NCBI GenBank assembly: GCA_051530055.1
Contig: CM121343.1
Span: 4,248,389 to 4,312,388, forward strand
Direction of reading: 5' to 3'
From: Neoechinorhynchus agilis
Taxonomy: Eukaryota > Animalia > Acanthocephala
DNA length: 64,000 nucleotides
The first letter of the stretch is position 1. Each line of letters begins with the position of its first letter. A model generated the notes under the pieces. It was not told the origin of the DNA. It did not search any database and was given only the letters and a program-made list of their open reading frames with translations. Positions 24,610 through 38,200 of this stretch are shown here, piece by piece. The translations under genes and the position numbers were made by a program.

Positions 24610-26320
24610 ATGAGGCTTGACGTATTGGGATTTCCGTTTTTCCACCTCGTCATTGCAATCGTCGTCGCCGCCGCCGTGATGATCGCCCATGCAGAGGTGA
24701 CCATCGTAAGTGTTCGCTCATCAGAACTTGGGTAACCGAAAATCACATAGCTGGACGGTTCAAACGTGACAGTCGATGAGTTCCTCTCTTTAAGCGCAGA
24801 ATTTGGCCCCAGCATCTCAGCCGAAGGTATTTTCGTAAGTACAAATGTAGCGTAGATTCTTTCATATCATTACCGCGCTTTTGCTTTAGGGCTGGAGTGC
24901 TTTGGCTCAACCTCTTAACGCTTGTACTAATATTCAAAATTATTCGAGCAATGATGGACCTTGTATTGTGCTCATTGAGCGCTCTAGAGAATTATTGAAC
25001 TGTACTTTCGACCAGAAGGTTAAAAGGGCTCAGGATGCCGGATTCTCGGCAGTTATAGTCTTTAACTACAACGACGGGACCGATCAAGACGATCTCATTA
25101 CTATGCGAAGTAGTGGTCTGATCAACCGTGAGTAATGGCGTGTTCATTTGTTGTTTTCGAAACCCGATATAGCGTCCACAATCAAAATTCCGTCTACGTT
25201 CGTAAGTAGCCGCAGTGGACAAAATATTATGAAGTACGTGGCAGCATCGCGGATTCGGTTAGCCTCTTTTTATTTCGCACTCACTGTGTATTTTAAACGA
25301 CCCAAATTGTTTTCCGGATATGTTAAGTTACAAAATATGGATTAGGAGAGAAACTGATGATTTTATTTACAAAGAAATCAAGTTTTATTTGGTACCATTT
25401 GTCTGCGTTCTTGTGCTGACTCTGATGTTTCTTTGCTCTATCGTGGTTTGTTTTAATTTCCCCCACTTCTATTCTCGCCCCCTTTTTTAAGACTTGGAGA
25501 TACATCGCTCGATGGAGACGGGAACTTGCTCGTCGACTACCGAGGTCCGTTCTTAAAACTATACCAGTAAAAAGATTTTGCAAAGGTTGTTTTCTCTGTT
25601 TGTTTGTATATAAATGTAACGGTTTTTTAGCGGATAATGACACCTACGACGATACGTGTGCCATTTGCCTCGATGACTATTTCGATGGCGTCAAAATACG
25701 CATCCTTTCCTGTGGTCACGGTACTTTATAAAAATATTCCTTAAATACGCCCTCATCTTTCGTCCTTTCAAATTAGCTTATCATTGTAAATGCATCGACC
25801 CTTGGCTCATTAAAAGCCGCCGTACTTGTCCAATCTGCAAACGCCGAGTTCTTCGTTCTCCGCGTCAATCATCGACCAGCAGTGTTATAGTTAATGTCGC
25901 AAATCCAAGAAGAAGTAATACTCAACGCCAAGATGAAGCAATCGCATTAAACCGGTGGTTCTCGCTTGAATTCTCGTTTTTTTAAAAATTAATTTGAATT
26001 GGGATCCATGTCTTGAAAGTGCAGAATCATCCGGTATACACAACGAGCAGCAGCAGCAGGAGGAGTCTGATACTACACCTTTATTGAGTGGACAACTTCA
26101 TCGTGATGCAACCGATCAATGGTATATTGGTGACATCGAGGAATCGACCACTTCAACGTCCGTATTGATGTCATCATTGGCATTCGGAAGCGCTCACAAC
26201 ACAACCGAACCAATCAACAACAACGCTGGCAATGATGACGACGACGTCGAGGTACTTAGTTTGAATGATGATGGTAGATCGAGTGATGAGGAGGATGACG
26301 TTCCGATGATTGAACACTAA
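24610..26320 (+). CDS. PA-TM-RING E3 ubiquitin ligase (RNF13/RNF167/Godzilla-like), spliced
   Basis: Signal peptide [30 protein letters not shown] domain ([39 protein letters not shown]) and a TM helix. The RING-H2 reads CAICLDDY...[16 protein letters not shown]...CPICK, followed by an acidic tail. Confidence 0.92.
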
Positions 26321-26514
26321 ATATCCTCGAGTGTGCTCAGTATTTATGCATCATCATCATCCCTTTTTGGATTCTGGCCATGTTAGAACGAAAAAATCTA
26401 GGTCTTCATCACCAACTAGATTTGAGCGTGTTCCATCAATGAGTAGTGTGGTTCTACCATTCGCCTACATTTCCTAATTCAAACTCTCTCGAATTTATTC
26501 TAGTTTTGTTTTCA

Positions 26515-27352
26515 GGATCGCCGGTTGGTGGGCTAAGGCCTCAGCACCTAAAGGACATGATGTCCTTTACAACTGGTGAAGCAACTCTCTCTCGAAAGTG
26601 CGCTTTCTCGAATAATCGACCGCCTGACTGGAGAGGATTTGAATCCCGTTGGAAAAGACCTATTTTTCGGAGCCTCATTGTGTGCGCTCACAAAAAAGAA
26701 GGTGGGATCCGTCCCATCGCCGTATCTTCGATGATACGCCGACTTGCAGGAAAAATTCTCTGTAAACGTATCACAGAGAAAACCGGGCAGCAACTTCGCC
26801 CAGTCCAACTAGGCTGCTACACATCCTGCCGGAAGCTATTGTCCACGTTCTCCTAAACTTTACTACGAGGAGTTCAAAGCCGTGTGTGATTCTTAAGTGT
26901 GATTTTCAGAATGCCTTTAACTCTCTCAATAGAGAAAACGCGTTCTGCGCAATTAGGGATCAAGCACCAGAAGCCTTCCAGTATTTTCTTAATGCCTACG
27001 GGACCGCGACTCCTTTGCTTTTCGAAGACCACCTCAATTGGTCCGAAAGAGGAGTGCAACAAGGAGATAATCTCGCTCCAATCGCATTCTTCCTAACAGT
27101 AAATCCAATAGCGCACTCTCTCCATTCCAGCTTCAACGCTTGGTACTTGGATGACGCTACGCTTGGAGGTGATCCCCGGCACTCACTTTGCTCGAAGATC
27201 TCTCGAAGAAATTGAGAGAAACGACCGGCGACGCACGAGCAGGTGTATTCCTGCGACAAAATATTTCGCTTGCAGTACAAAAAGGCAACGCTGCTTGCGT
27301 GATAGCGACAGCCGAGGAAGGAGAGAAGATCCAGTTTTGCCGACGGTGGTGA
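26515..27352 (+). mobile_element. Internally deleted CRE-clade non-LTR retrotransposon (RT fused to the last ~60 codons)
   Basis: GLRPQHLKDM, KKEGGIRPIAV..IRRLAGK, QLG, KCDFQNAFNS, SERGVQQGD and WYLDDATLGG, then directly ALTLLEDLSKKL...FLRQNISLAVQKGNAACV...stop. Confidence 0.9.
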
Positions 27353-28969
27353 TTGCACGTTTTGTGCTTTATTATCTTTTAAATTAATTAAATTGATAAT
27401 GTTTTTGAAGTTTCTTAGGAACAGTTCCGCGAGGGTGATCAGCGAAGAGGCAGTGTCGAAGAAGAATAAATTGGGCGTCGTGTTCTCCGCTACTTCACTG
27501 AATTGATTTATCGCCTGCTTTACATAGGAGATTCGCCTAGAACACGTCACATATTAAAGCCGAGGAAAGTATTCTTGAACCGTCTTTTGTGATAATCTCG
27601 TATTTTTCAGACCTTAGAAGCAATCGAAGTAACCATCTTGATATCGTCGGAAAGGGCAAGACCTAATAGCCAGGGTTGACGAAAGGCCGTGGCTTAGTTC
27701 ATTGATATTAAGGCTAAATACAAGTTACCCATATCCGTAAGCTATGTACCCAAGGAAAATAATCAGCCGTGTAAGCCATGTTAACTTCAAATACTCGTAT
27801 ATAAGCATTGAGGTTTCTTTTATTTCTCTTCTTCGTTTACTTTCTAGAAACTGGCGGACTTTTCCAAAACTATAAAAAGGGGACATTTGTGCTTATGCTC
27901 TACGAAACAATTTTTGTGCCTATTTTAATTATCAAAACGTTATTGAAAATGTGTTTAATGAGTAGAACTCATTCGATCTATCGCTGAAAAGGATCGTGCA
28001 GTACAAAATACTTCCAAATTTCGCTTTGTTTGGACTGAAATTTTATTTAGGGAATGAGGTTTATGACGGTCCTGTACGAAGCTGCTAAACAATTCGCGGC
28101 ATTCCCCAATAGGTGATTATAGTTAAGTATAGGAATTAGTAACTCTGTATTTAATCTTCAGCGCTCAGGAAAGTGTTTTAACTTCCGCCATTTATCAAAA
28201 CTCACCTCATTGAAACAGCACAAAACCGACGAAAATGTTTTAATCAAAGTATTTCGTACGGAAAAACTAACATATCATTTTTTAAACTACGGCTTCAATG
28301 TCGGTAGCACAGCTCACCCTGATGAAGACTGCATTCTTGGGGAGAGAAAGACTTGTGTTAGTTCTTGGGCCGGATAAAAATATCGACAATAGTTCATTTT
28401 GACTAGTAAATGCCGTTTTAATTATTAAGAATTTTTACGATATCACTGGAGGCTACCGAACTGTATCCTGTAAGTTTTGCGGAGGTACGGACTAGATTAT
28501 AGAGTTTGATTTATACCGCGTTAGATTGCTTTAGCCCTAATTTGCAAAGGTTGTATTATGAACTCTGCGGGACAAATCGAATACTTGTCTTTAACAATCC
28601 GATAAAAGCGGTCCAAAACCCGTGCTAAGACACGGATTACTCGATAGTTGGCGCAATTCAATTTAAGGTTTGAGTATCACGGTGAATAACATGAAACGTT
28701 TTGGTAAAATAATCTTTGGGTCCAAAGATGAATATGGAGCTGTCCTTTCGGTTGGATTTCCGTCTTTACTATAAAGAGCAATATATCTTGAAATTTAATT
28801 GTCGTTGACTTTCTCCGGCGCTTGTTCCGTTTTTGTGTGAAATTAGCCTGCAATCACAGCAGAACGATTTAAAAGGAAGAAAAATATTCTTTTTTGGATG
28901 TATTTTAGAGTCCGTTTTTCTCAAGATTCGTATTTCGCAATCGCCGTAGTTCATTTTTGGTAACAGCCA

Positions 28970-29600
28970 TGGCACTGCTGACCCCAAGGAACGAGCACGC
29001 CCACCCCCCCACCGCAACAAAATTGTCCGGTGGTTTTCTTAACGCCTCGTCGATTGGTACTAAAATGGATGACCGTTCCTTTGGTCTCGCTTCGGCACTA
29101 CGCTTAGGTTTAGCTTCCTCAATCCCTGCGATGGTACAGGAACCCAAGGACTCGATTGTTCCAAAACGATAGCCTTTCACAATCGCCACAGTACGGTGAA
29201 TACTCTAATTCGTAAAGCTTTGGTAACGACATTCAAACTCTCCTCTAATCGCCGGTCAGTTTAAGCAGAGATTGCGGGAAAATACCGAACAGCGCATAAA
29301 CAGTTCCGAGGGAAGGAAGCCGTTTCCTTGGGACTTTATCTGTCCGAATACGATTACGAAGATCAACTTCCGATGAAGTTGCGAAAAGAGCGGATGACCG
29401 AGAAAGGGAGCGATCTGTCGCTCTACATTTTCCAACGACTCGCCTTTGAGGCAATTGGTGCCGTCGGACCGAGTACCGCAGAATTTTTAATTGAAGGTTT
29501 CAAAATGGTTGGTCACAACAACCACAAAAAGTCCTCGTGCAGTAAACTATATTTTTATCAGAGAATCAGCGATTGCGGAATGGTGGATGCATCCTCGCGG
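28970..29600 (+). mobile_element. Divergent CRE-clade fragment (pre-CCHC region through RLE)
   Basis: SGGFLNASSIGTKMDDRSFGLASALRLGL, VNTLIRKAL, LSRDCGKIP, GRKPFPWDFICPNT and YIFQRLAFEAIGAVGPST...FYQRIS, with frameshifts and stops. Confidence 0.75.
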
Positions 29601-29729
29601 AGGCAATGGAGGATAAAGATGCTTTTGACGGTCGAAACTTTTTAATAAATTCTTCTCTTTGTTTGTGAGTTCTCTTTTCTCACGCACACAATTCAATACA
29701 TATTTATGTACAAATATACAGTATCCTTC

Positions 29730-32700
29730 TCATGTCGATTTATGTGCTCTACGATCTGCATTCTCACTATTGACCTTTGATTCGAAATAAGCCCTCATAT
29801 CGTGGAACCTGAAAATGGGCGATGAACAATCATTTCCGTCACTAATTTCACATCCCCGACACGATATCGGAAGCTCCGCGGAAATGTGATGATGCTGAAG
29901 TGGTGGTGAGTATCCATAACCGACAGCAAGTAGAACGGGATCACTATTGTTCAGCAGACAGCCGTTATAACCTGATAACAACTCAAGTGCGTCCTCAAGT
30001 TTACATCCATACAAATAATGATTATTGATCGCTAATAGCCGTTGGCCTACTCGTATTTGACCAGTTCGGTCCGCTGCTCCTTTCGGAACTACCTAAAAAT
30101 AAGATTAAGAGGAAACCCTGTAATAATTGTGCCACCTCGGTTATGAAAATGCTGTCATCGTCTTGGTCATGTGGATTCAGACCAGTGGATCTTGAGTTTC
30201 GCACTCCACAAGAATCACTGGCATACATTCTTACAACCCAGTCCTCCGTTTAACTTTATACCCAACGGTTCGTTTTCGCTTAGACGATGTACACAAACTT
30301 CTATCACGTCCGTCAGCGTTTCTGATCTCTGCACTTTGAGTATCAGCGTAGTTTGAGTAATATTCATCAGAGCTTTCACGGCTTCTTGATGCGTGGCCCG
30401 TTCTATGCATATATCATTGACAGCCAAAATTCGGTCGCCTGCCTTTAGTCCGTATCTAAAGGCTAAACCATTTGGTTGAACTTTGAATATGTATATGCCA
30501 TGCGCCTGGACTTCATGGTGGACCGGTTCTTGGACAGCAGCTGCCTGTGATTGCAAAATTCGGTTATCGAATGTAAATGAAGTTGGCGATGATTGATCAG
30601 ATCCACCAACTATACTCAAACCAAGTGGAGCAAATCTGTTCGGCTTTTCGATCACTACGTCCTATTTTTTTTTACTGTAAACGTGATTTTATGAACATTC
30701 GCATTCATACTAACTTCGATTCGTCCATTTTTGCATCGGGTTGTAATTGGTCGATCCGTGCACTTGTTATTCAGGAACGTTGAAGTGCTCATATCCGGCG
30801 CATGTTGCCCAGAATTAACAACGCACTGGAAAATCTCATCTTTGCTCTGCAATGTAGGGCTGCTATCAACTGTAGTGTCGATGCCACCATTAAGAGGTCG
30901 CTCAGTCTTATCCCTTCGTCTCCATGCTTTGAATTCCTTTGGATGTGGAGTATTTTGGCGACGCAAAACGGTTGCACTCCGGCTAGACTTAAAATCCAGA
31001 GGGAGAATTCAGAAAAAGATACCGATGATACTACTTACCACAGATGATTCCTGATTGTTCGACGAAACATGGTGAACGTCCACTGAAAACTTTACACTTC
31101 CTGTTCTTTCCTGAACGCCAATGTCTAGCATTGGTGAGTTCTTCGGTTCCACGGAGCGTAGAAGTAAGGGATGATCCGACGATTGGGCAATTGCAGGCAC
31201 GAATTGCAATGGGTGAATCAAATGGGAATTGTGAGCTCGTTCATGGTTGGACGTATTGACACTTTGCAAGTTTTCAATAGATGGGGTCGAGTATTGGGCT
31301 TGAGGCAACAAGTAACAAGTTAAAATCTTTTTCCTCTTCTTCTCTTTAATCTCATCATAATCAGCATCCACTTCTATGACTTCCTCCTGCAGTCGCAGCA
31401 TTGGCCGAGCCTAATAAAAATAATAATGTGTAACTAAAGTTTTCAACTTCGACTTTAACCGAATTTGTACTCTTATAGCGTTTACTGATTTGAATACGGA
31501 GAACACTATAAAAATGTCTTTTGAAGAGTTTAATTTTTAGTATTATGGATTTCTATTTGAAGGCACCGAATGCTTTAGGATGATAATTAAAATTCAAGAA
31601 GGAGAGCTAGTAGAGTTCACTTGTTTTAATGAATAAAGTCATATTTTTTTCTTAGAAATAAACTTAATTGGTGGTATTTCAAATACTAGAGTTTAATTTT
31701 TAGTATTATGGATTTCTATTTGAAGGCACCGAATGCTTTAGGATGATAATTAAAATTCAAGAAGGAGAGCTAGTAGAGTTCACTTGTTTTAATGAATAAA
31801 GTCATATTTTTTTCTTAGAAATAAACTTAATTGGTGGTGTTTCAAATACTAGAGTTTAATTTTTAGTATTATGGATTTCTATTTGAAGGCACCGAATGCT
31901 TTAGGATGATAATTAAAATTCAAGAAGGAGAGCTAGTAGAGTTCACTTGTTTTAATGAATAAAGTCATATTTTTTTCTTAGAAATAAACTTAATTGGTGG
32001 TGTTTCAAATACTAGAGTTTAATTTTTAGTATTATGGATTTCTATTTGAAGGCACCGAATGCTTTAGGATGATAATTAAAATTCAAGAAGGAGAGCTAGT
32101 AGAGTTCACTTGTTTTAATGAATAAAGTCATATTTTTTTCTTAGAAATAAACTTAATTGGTGGTGTTTCAAATACTATTTTATGACCCTGATTTTAAATC
32201 ATAACAAGTGCACTCAAAAAATATTTATTCATTTTCTTGTTAATTCCATTAAATCGAAAACAAGTAAAATCATTGTTCACAATGTACATTCAATCAAAAA
32301 CTTATTTTTCGAGAAAAAACACCTAGAATAATTTTCCTAATGTGCCCTCAATGAAAAGAATAATAGCTCAACCCATTAACTACCATGATTACCAAATAGA
32401 TACCCGGTACTATAAAATAACTTGGTAGCTCCATTCCTTTCACTAAAGACATCCAATTGGAACTTCTTTTTAAGTTCCGTTTCTATGCCATGATAACACA
32501 TCGCGCTGCAATATGGTTGAAAGTATACCGAGTTTGGGGATCAGGGTAGTAGTTATTGTGGTTTAAACCCTTTTCAAAATCTTAAAGTCCGCACTCATTA
32601 TTTACCTGATTTTCAGATAACCATATCGCTTTCAAATTTGCGGTTGTCTTAATTTGTGAAGACACTTCAGGTTGGTTGGAATACGAGGCTGTTGATTGAG

Positions 32701-34372
32701 TTTCCATGTGATCACAGCACACTTTCAGTAAAGAGTGGGGCAAGTATCGCAACCTGCATGATATCAACATCATTTTGATTACTAAGTTTAAACTTACTTG
32801 TTAGACGTCAAATCTAAAACCCTAAGTTGAGATAAATTGCCCAAATCATCTGGTAATAGCTCCACTAAATTGAAACGAAGCGATAGGATGCCTAATTGCT
32901 TGCAATCACAAATCTATAAAGTCATATATATTGTTAAAACACAAATCAAGCATACTCACGGAGTTTGGTAGGGACTTCAGGTTGTTTTTGTCGGCATTGA
33001 GATGTTTTAGAGCATATAAGTGTCCGATGTTCTCAGGTAATTCCTATATAAATAGAGGCAATAATGCAAATATTGAATTCCTACTTGTAATTGATTTGAG
33101 GTCACTATTAGTTCCGACAATGAGGTACACCAGCCTAAGCTGTTAGGTAAAGTTTCCAGTGCATTTTGATCGACCTTCAATATAGTTAATGACTTGAGAC
33201 GACCAATAGTTTCTGGTATTCGTTTAAGCCGGTTTTGACTTAGCTCAAGACTTGTAAGTGAAGTTAGTTCGCCAATTTGATCGGTCAATACAGTCAGCTT
33301 GTTCGATGAAAGATCGATGCACTGTAATCTTTTTAGATGGGCAATCTCTTCGGGAATCAAAGTTAGCTCATTGACATCCAACCACAACTCGCGTAGGTTA
33401 TGCAATTGACCAATAGAATTCGGAAGTTTGCCGATTTCGTTGTTTCCCAAATCCAAAGTAATTAGTCTCACTATTTCGCACAATGAATCCGGTATTAAGC
33501 GTAATAGATTTTCACGGGCTTCCAAACATCTAAGATTTTCTAGGCTAACACAACCGGGATTCAGCAATTCTTTAATTAGTGTTGACATTAGCTTACTTTC
33601 CAATATTATCCGGCAATTGAGTCAGTGATATATCATTCAGCGTAAGATGAGATAAATTCATGAGAGAAGTGATAGCGCTTGGCAACCTAAAATTTTAAAG
33701 GTTACAAAATTGATAAAGAAATTAGGATTGTGACAGCAAAATATTTTCGTCTTTAGCTACTTTTCATAGGCGACAAGCTAATATTTTTTTGCACTTATAT
33801 AAAAAGATTTGAAGACGGTTTTGGTATTAGAGAACAGCGATTAAGTGGTTTGGGTACTCTCGTGATTATAAGACAGCCAAATTAAACATTTCAAATGCTC
33901 ACATACCCGTTTTGAAGAGGATTTCCGCTGGCGTCTAAAACTTGAAGGTTTTGGCAGTAGCGGATTTCTTCAGGCAGATCAAAGATTTCTAAATCAACGT
34001 ATAAAAAAGTCATTTTGATATTCAAGTTTACCATTTCTTGAACAGTCAAGTTCTTGAAGTAGATGGAGGTTACCGATATCGACTGGTAAACGGTTGATTT
34101 CATTGTCGCTGATGGTAAGTCGGCGTAATTGAGTTGCTCGAAATAGAGACTGAACGATAAGATTTAAAATGAGAGAACAAACGGCAGTAATGGATTCGCT
34201 TATCGGTCACCTTAGGAAGATCTCTGAGTTGATTTGAATCCAAGAAGAGTTCTTCTAAGGTTCGCTGATGCCGCAGAACATCATCAGGTACATGGGTAAG
34301 GTTGCAATGCCTTTTGTCGAGTTGTTCGAGTGACCGAGCGCAAAATACGCTGGGTAAGCAACGTATGAACAT
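29730..34372 (-). CDS. SCRIB: Scribble-like LAP protein (LRRs, LAPSD, two PDZ domains), spliced
   Basis: N-terminus MFIRCLP...DKRHCNL..VPDDVLRHQRTLEELFLDSNQLRDLPK, then LRRs. LAPSD reads NLKAIWLSENQ/ARPMLRLQ...ILTCYLLPQ, then TPHPKE. PDZs read LGLSIVGGSDQSS...THQEAVKAL and LGIKLNGG...NPHDQDDDSIFITE. Confidence 0.93.
31525..32176. repeat. Intronic tandem repeat, 163-bp unit x4
   Basis: AGAGTTTAATTTTTAG starts at 31525, 31688, 31851 and 32014; copies are near-identical. Confidence 0.95.
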
Positions 34373-35173
34373 GATTGTTGAAATGCTGCAAGTTTATCTA
34401 TATTTTAAAACCGTTAAACGGCATGTTTCTACAACATTATGTTTGTCACAAGTTGTTTACTTCTTCGTTTGTCAGGTCCAGGCGTGGTGTTTTGACGAGC
34501 AAACATAAAAGTTGTTTATGTTGACATGTAAGGTACCGGCGAATGTGATTGGAATTATTGTTTACTGGTCTTCAAACGGTAATTTTTTTTATCAAAAAAG
34601 TCAGGTTCATCATCATCATCATCATCAGTTTGTTAGTATCGATAGGGTCTATTTCTAGCAAACTGATTTTTACTGAAAAAATTTTACCGTCTGAAGACAA
34701 GTGAACAACAATTGCAAAGTTGTATAGATTTTACAAATGGCAGTTCTTAAAAGCACCATGACGACGGAGAAAATGATTGGTACCTCACAAGCGAAAGTTT
34801 GAGCATTGGCGAGAGGGTATTTGAGACACAATGGTTCGTTGGTTGAAGGGGAACACATATCAAAATCATGCGTAAAAGTGAGAAGAGAAAAGATCGGTTG
34901 TCGGCGCCAACACATTACACTGAAGTCCTATGTGTATTCTAGCTCCGTTCTGACATTCTCTCCATCATGCGTGTGCATTGTTCCCTCCCTCCTCCCCTCG
35001 CCGTTCGTGTCTACTAGCAAAGCACGATAAATACGGCAAAGCAAGTGATTCTTCACCAGACACTCCGGTCATTGTATCGTCTATTAACTCTGCGAGATGG
35101 CATGTTTCTCCGACAGGCGCCGCACTTGTGGACTCTATGCCAAAAAACGAGAGCGAGCAATCTAACCCAAAAT

Positions 35174-35205
35174 GCGGGCGCGGGCGGGCGGGCGGGCGGG
35201 CGCGC
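35174..35205 (+). promoter_or_regulatory. (GGGC)n GC-box cluster / potential G-quadruplex upstream of Scribble
   Basis: GCGGGCGCGGGCGGGCGGGCGGGCGGGCGCGC in an AT-rich background. The regulatory role is inferred only. Confidence 0.35.
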
Positions 35206-38200
35206 TTAAATACTAGTGAGCCGGTGCGTTTCGATGGTGTACATGCGCAGCCGCAACGGAGTCTTCAACAGCCCGTGACAAGTGAATTTTAATTAGAATT
35301 TTTGGAGAACGTCGTTTCGAGACGAATGGAAGCGAGAGAGGGAGCTATGGAAAACGAGACGTAACATATGTGGTACCGAAATGGATTTCGGAGATTAGTT
35401 TTGCCTTTAATGTTCTGGTCCAATATGAAATATCGGCACTTAGACGCCGTGACAGATTCCCGATCCAAACGGATCCTCGCGAAAAATCCTCTTTGGCTAG
35501 ACACCTCCGCTGGAATCTCATTTCCTAAATCGCTGCAAAAGACAGAGCAAAACCATTAGTGCGCACTACGTTTTTGGCTCCTTTAAAAGCACAGCATTCC
35601 ATTGCATAAACGATGATCGATCTGCATTATACACACACACACAGAGATATATTTATTCAAGTTCACACTTATTCCCTATGTGGAAGATTCCTCTTACAAT
35701 AGACGGATCATAAGATGCCAAATATCCGGAACGTTGCCTATAATGCGACAACAATGTTCCTTCAATCATGCCCCCCCTCAACACACACACACACAATCAC
35801 TTTAACTATTTTTATTAAAAATATATCGTTGCTATGATCAACAAAAGTTTACTCATTTCCTTGACTGCTTAAAGCTATAGTTTTGACATAATTCTTAGCC
35901 AATTGAGCATATCAAACATTTCTTCGCATTTTGGGGTCTTTTTGTTAGCAATTTAAAAAGCCTACTCATGGATTCTAATCAAAGAAAACATTGTGAATGA
36001 TAAAAGAAGGCATCGCTTTCTCACGTTTCATGAAACCGTCATGGTCGATTCATTTGAGTTTAAATCAGGCCAATCCGACAATCAAGAATCGATTATTAAA
36101 AAACAGACGCAAGCTTAGAATTCAATAGATATTTTCGTATGCCAGACTTGATTTCGTTTCAACACAACAAGCTGCTCCAGTAGCATGCACTTGGCTGTCT
36201 TCCAATCATGCGTTAGATTCGTGCAAAAACTTGGCGGAAGGAATTGAGGAGAGCAGAATGTATATTCCAACAATTTACCCACTGAAAATGTAGACGACTC
36301 CTTATGCGTAGAACTCCTAAAACGAACTGTTAAACCGTAAAAGAGTGTTGATTGTACTATGACTAGGCCTTAAGCGATTTCTTAATTTCTTGTAAAATGT
36401 CTTTAGGCGGAATTCGAACGAAATTTAACTTAATTTGTCAAAAACTATCGTAGAAACAGCTTTAGTAAGCTCATGCCATAATCTGAGAATATCCAACAAA
36501 ACTAAAACGCTAACTTTGGTTTATATGGTCCAACCGACTCAAACAAAGCTCTTCGCAAATGAAATAATCAAACGATTGCTAAAGGAATATTAGCTGGGAG
36601 CACAATAGCATTCAGAATGGGACCCCCTTCCCCAGGATGCAATGAATTATTTTGCATAGTTGCGAAAATCGTCCCTAACACTAGTTGCTACGAATTTTAA
36701 TGATTCGAAACCGATTGATTTCAATCGGGCAAGACATATTTGTTTCTTATGGTATTTGAAAGTTTCTATTTGCTCGGGCGATATCTTGAAAAAGTGAAAT
36801 ATTCATTATTTATTAATCCATGGCAAGAGTAATTAATCATCAAAACCTGAGTAATATGATTTGTAGTCAAAATGAATTCTAGGTTTACGATCTTGCTACT
36901 CATATAATTTTATATTGTTCTCAGTTTGAATTGTTCGCGAATAAAACACTTAAACAACCTTGATAAACGCGTACCTAAATATCGGAATCAATAAATTCTT
37001 TTAATTTTTCCGCCATAAACAAACATATTGTTCTCAACTAAACAGGGGCATTAGAATAGTTCACAAAAACAGTTTAAACAATAGATATTGTTAAGTACAA
37101 CAATTTTTCTGGATTTAAATTCTTGATTAAGGCTCTACGATTTATTTAAGCCAACAGTGCCCAACCTAAGGTCCGTGAAGCTGTCTCATGTGACCCGCTC
37201 TTATGCAGTTCATTGGAACGACAAATTGTGGTTATGATAAATTTTAAAATAAGAGCGAGGTAGCATAATGTCGCCACATAGTCCAATTTAAATAATATTT
37301 TTTACAAGCGGGCACAAATTTTGTTAATCCATTATTATTTCTCGCTCGAATGGACATTCACTAAGCACTTCTGAAGCAAATGCCTCCAGGTAAGACGAAC
37401 ATAAATAAGGCATCAAATGCCGAGTGCAAAATCTTAGTTTATCACTTCTTTGCCTTCGGATGCTGGTTTCATTTCAAAATATTTGCCTTAAAATTCTGCG
37501 TTCGTTTTGGCCTGTGCGATTTATCTAAGAACTGAGAGCAACCCCCGGACAACAATGATTTAAGCCAATGGCAGTATGCACGATCTAGATAATATTTCGG
37601 AGAAACCTGTCTATCTCAAACAAAAATAATCCAATTAATGTGAGTTTTTTTTCAAGTTATGAAAAAAAATCAAGTGGGAGCAAGTGCATTTTTGGGGAAA
37701 ACAGAACTCGTTGAGTATACTTTTTATAAGTTATATTACTTTAAACATAAAAACTATTTTCCAGTTTTAAAGTGCACATTTTGCTCTATATTTTGGCTTT
37801 AATAAAATGGCCTCCAATACTGTGCAATTTCAAGTCGATAAAATGATTGAAAGCACCCGCTGCAAGGCTGTAACTTGTTGTATTAATTTTCTGAGTGATA
37901 TTTCAGTGAAATAAAAATGATTCTTTAAAATCAACGGCTTCGAATTATTTGCTTTAACGAATCTTTTTAAGGTGTAAAATAAATTGATTCCATGACAAAA
38001 ATAACAATGTTTACTCCAATAAAAAAACTACGAAACCCTACTCCATTGATCTGAATCCATTTATTTCCATGAGAAATATTATTAAACGCAAATCTTCGAG
38101 GGACATTCTGATGGGACAATGGCTTAGGTTTGACTTGATCCTAAGTGACAATAGACACATGCTTCTAAATTATATTCAAAATGTTACCAGATGCATAACC

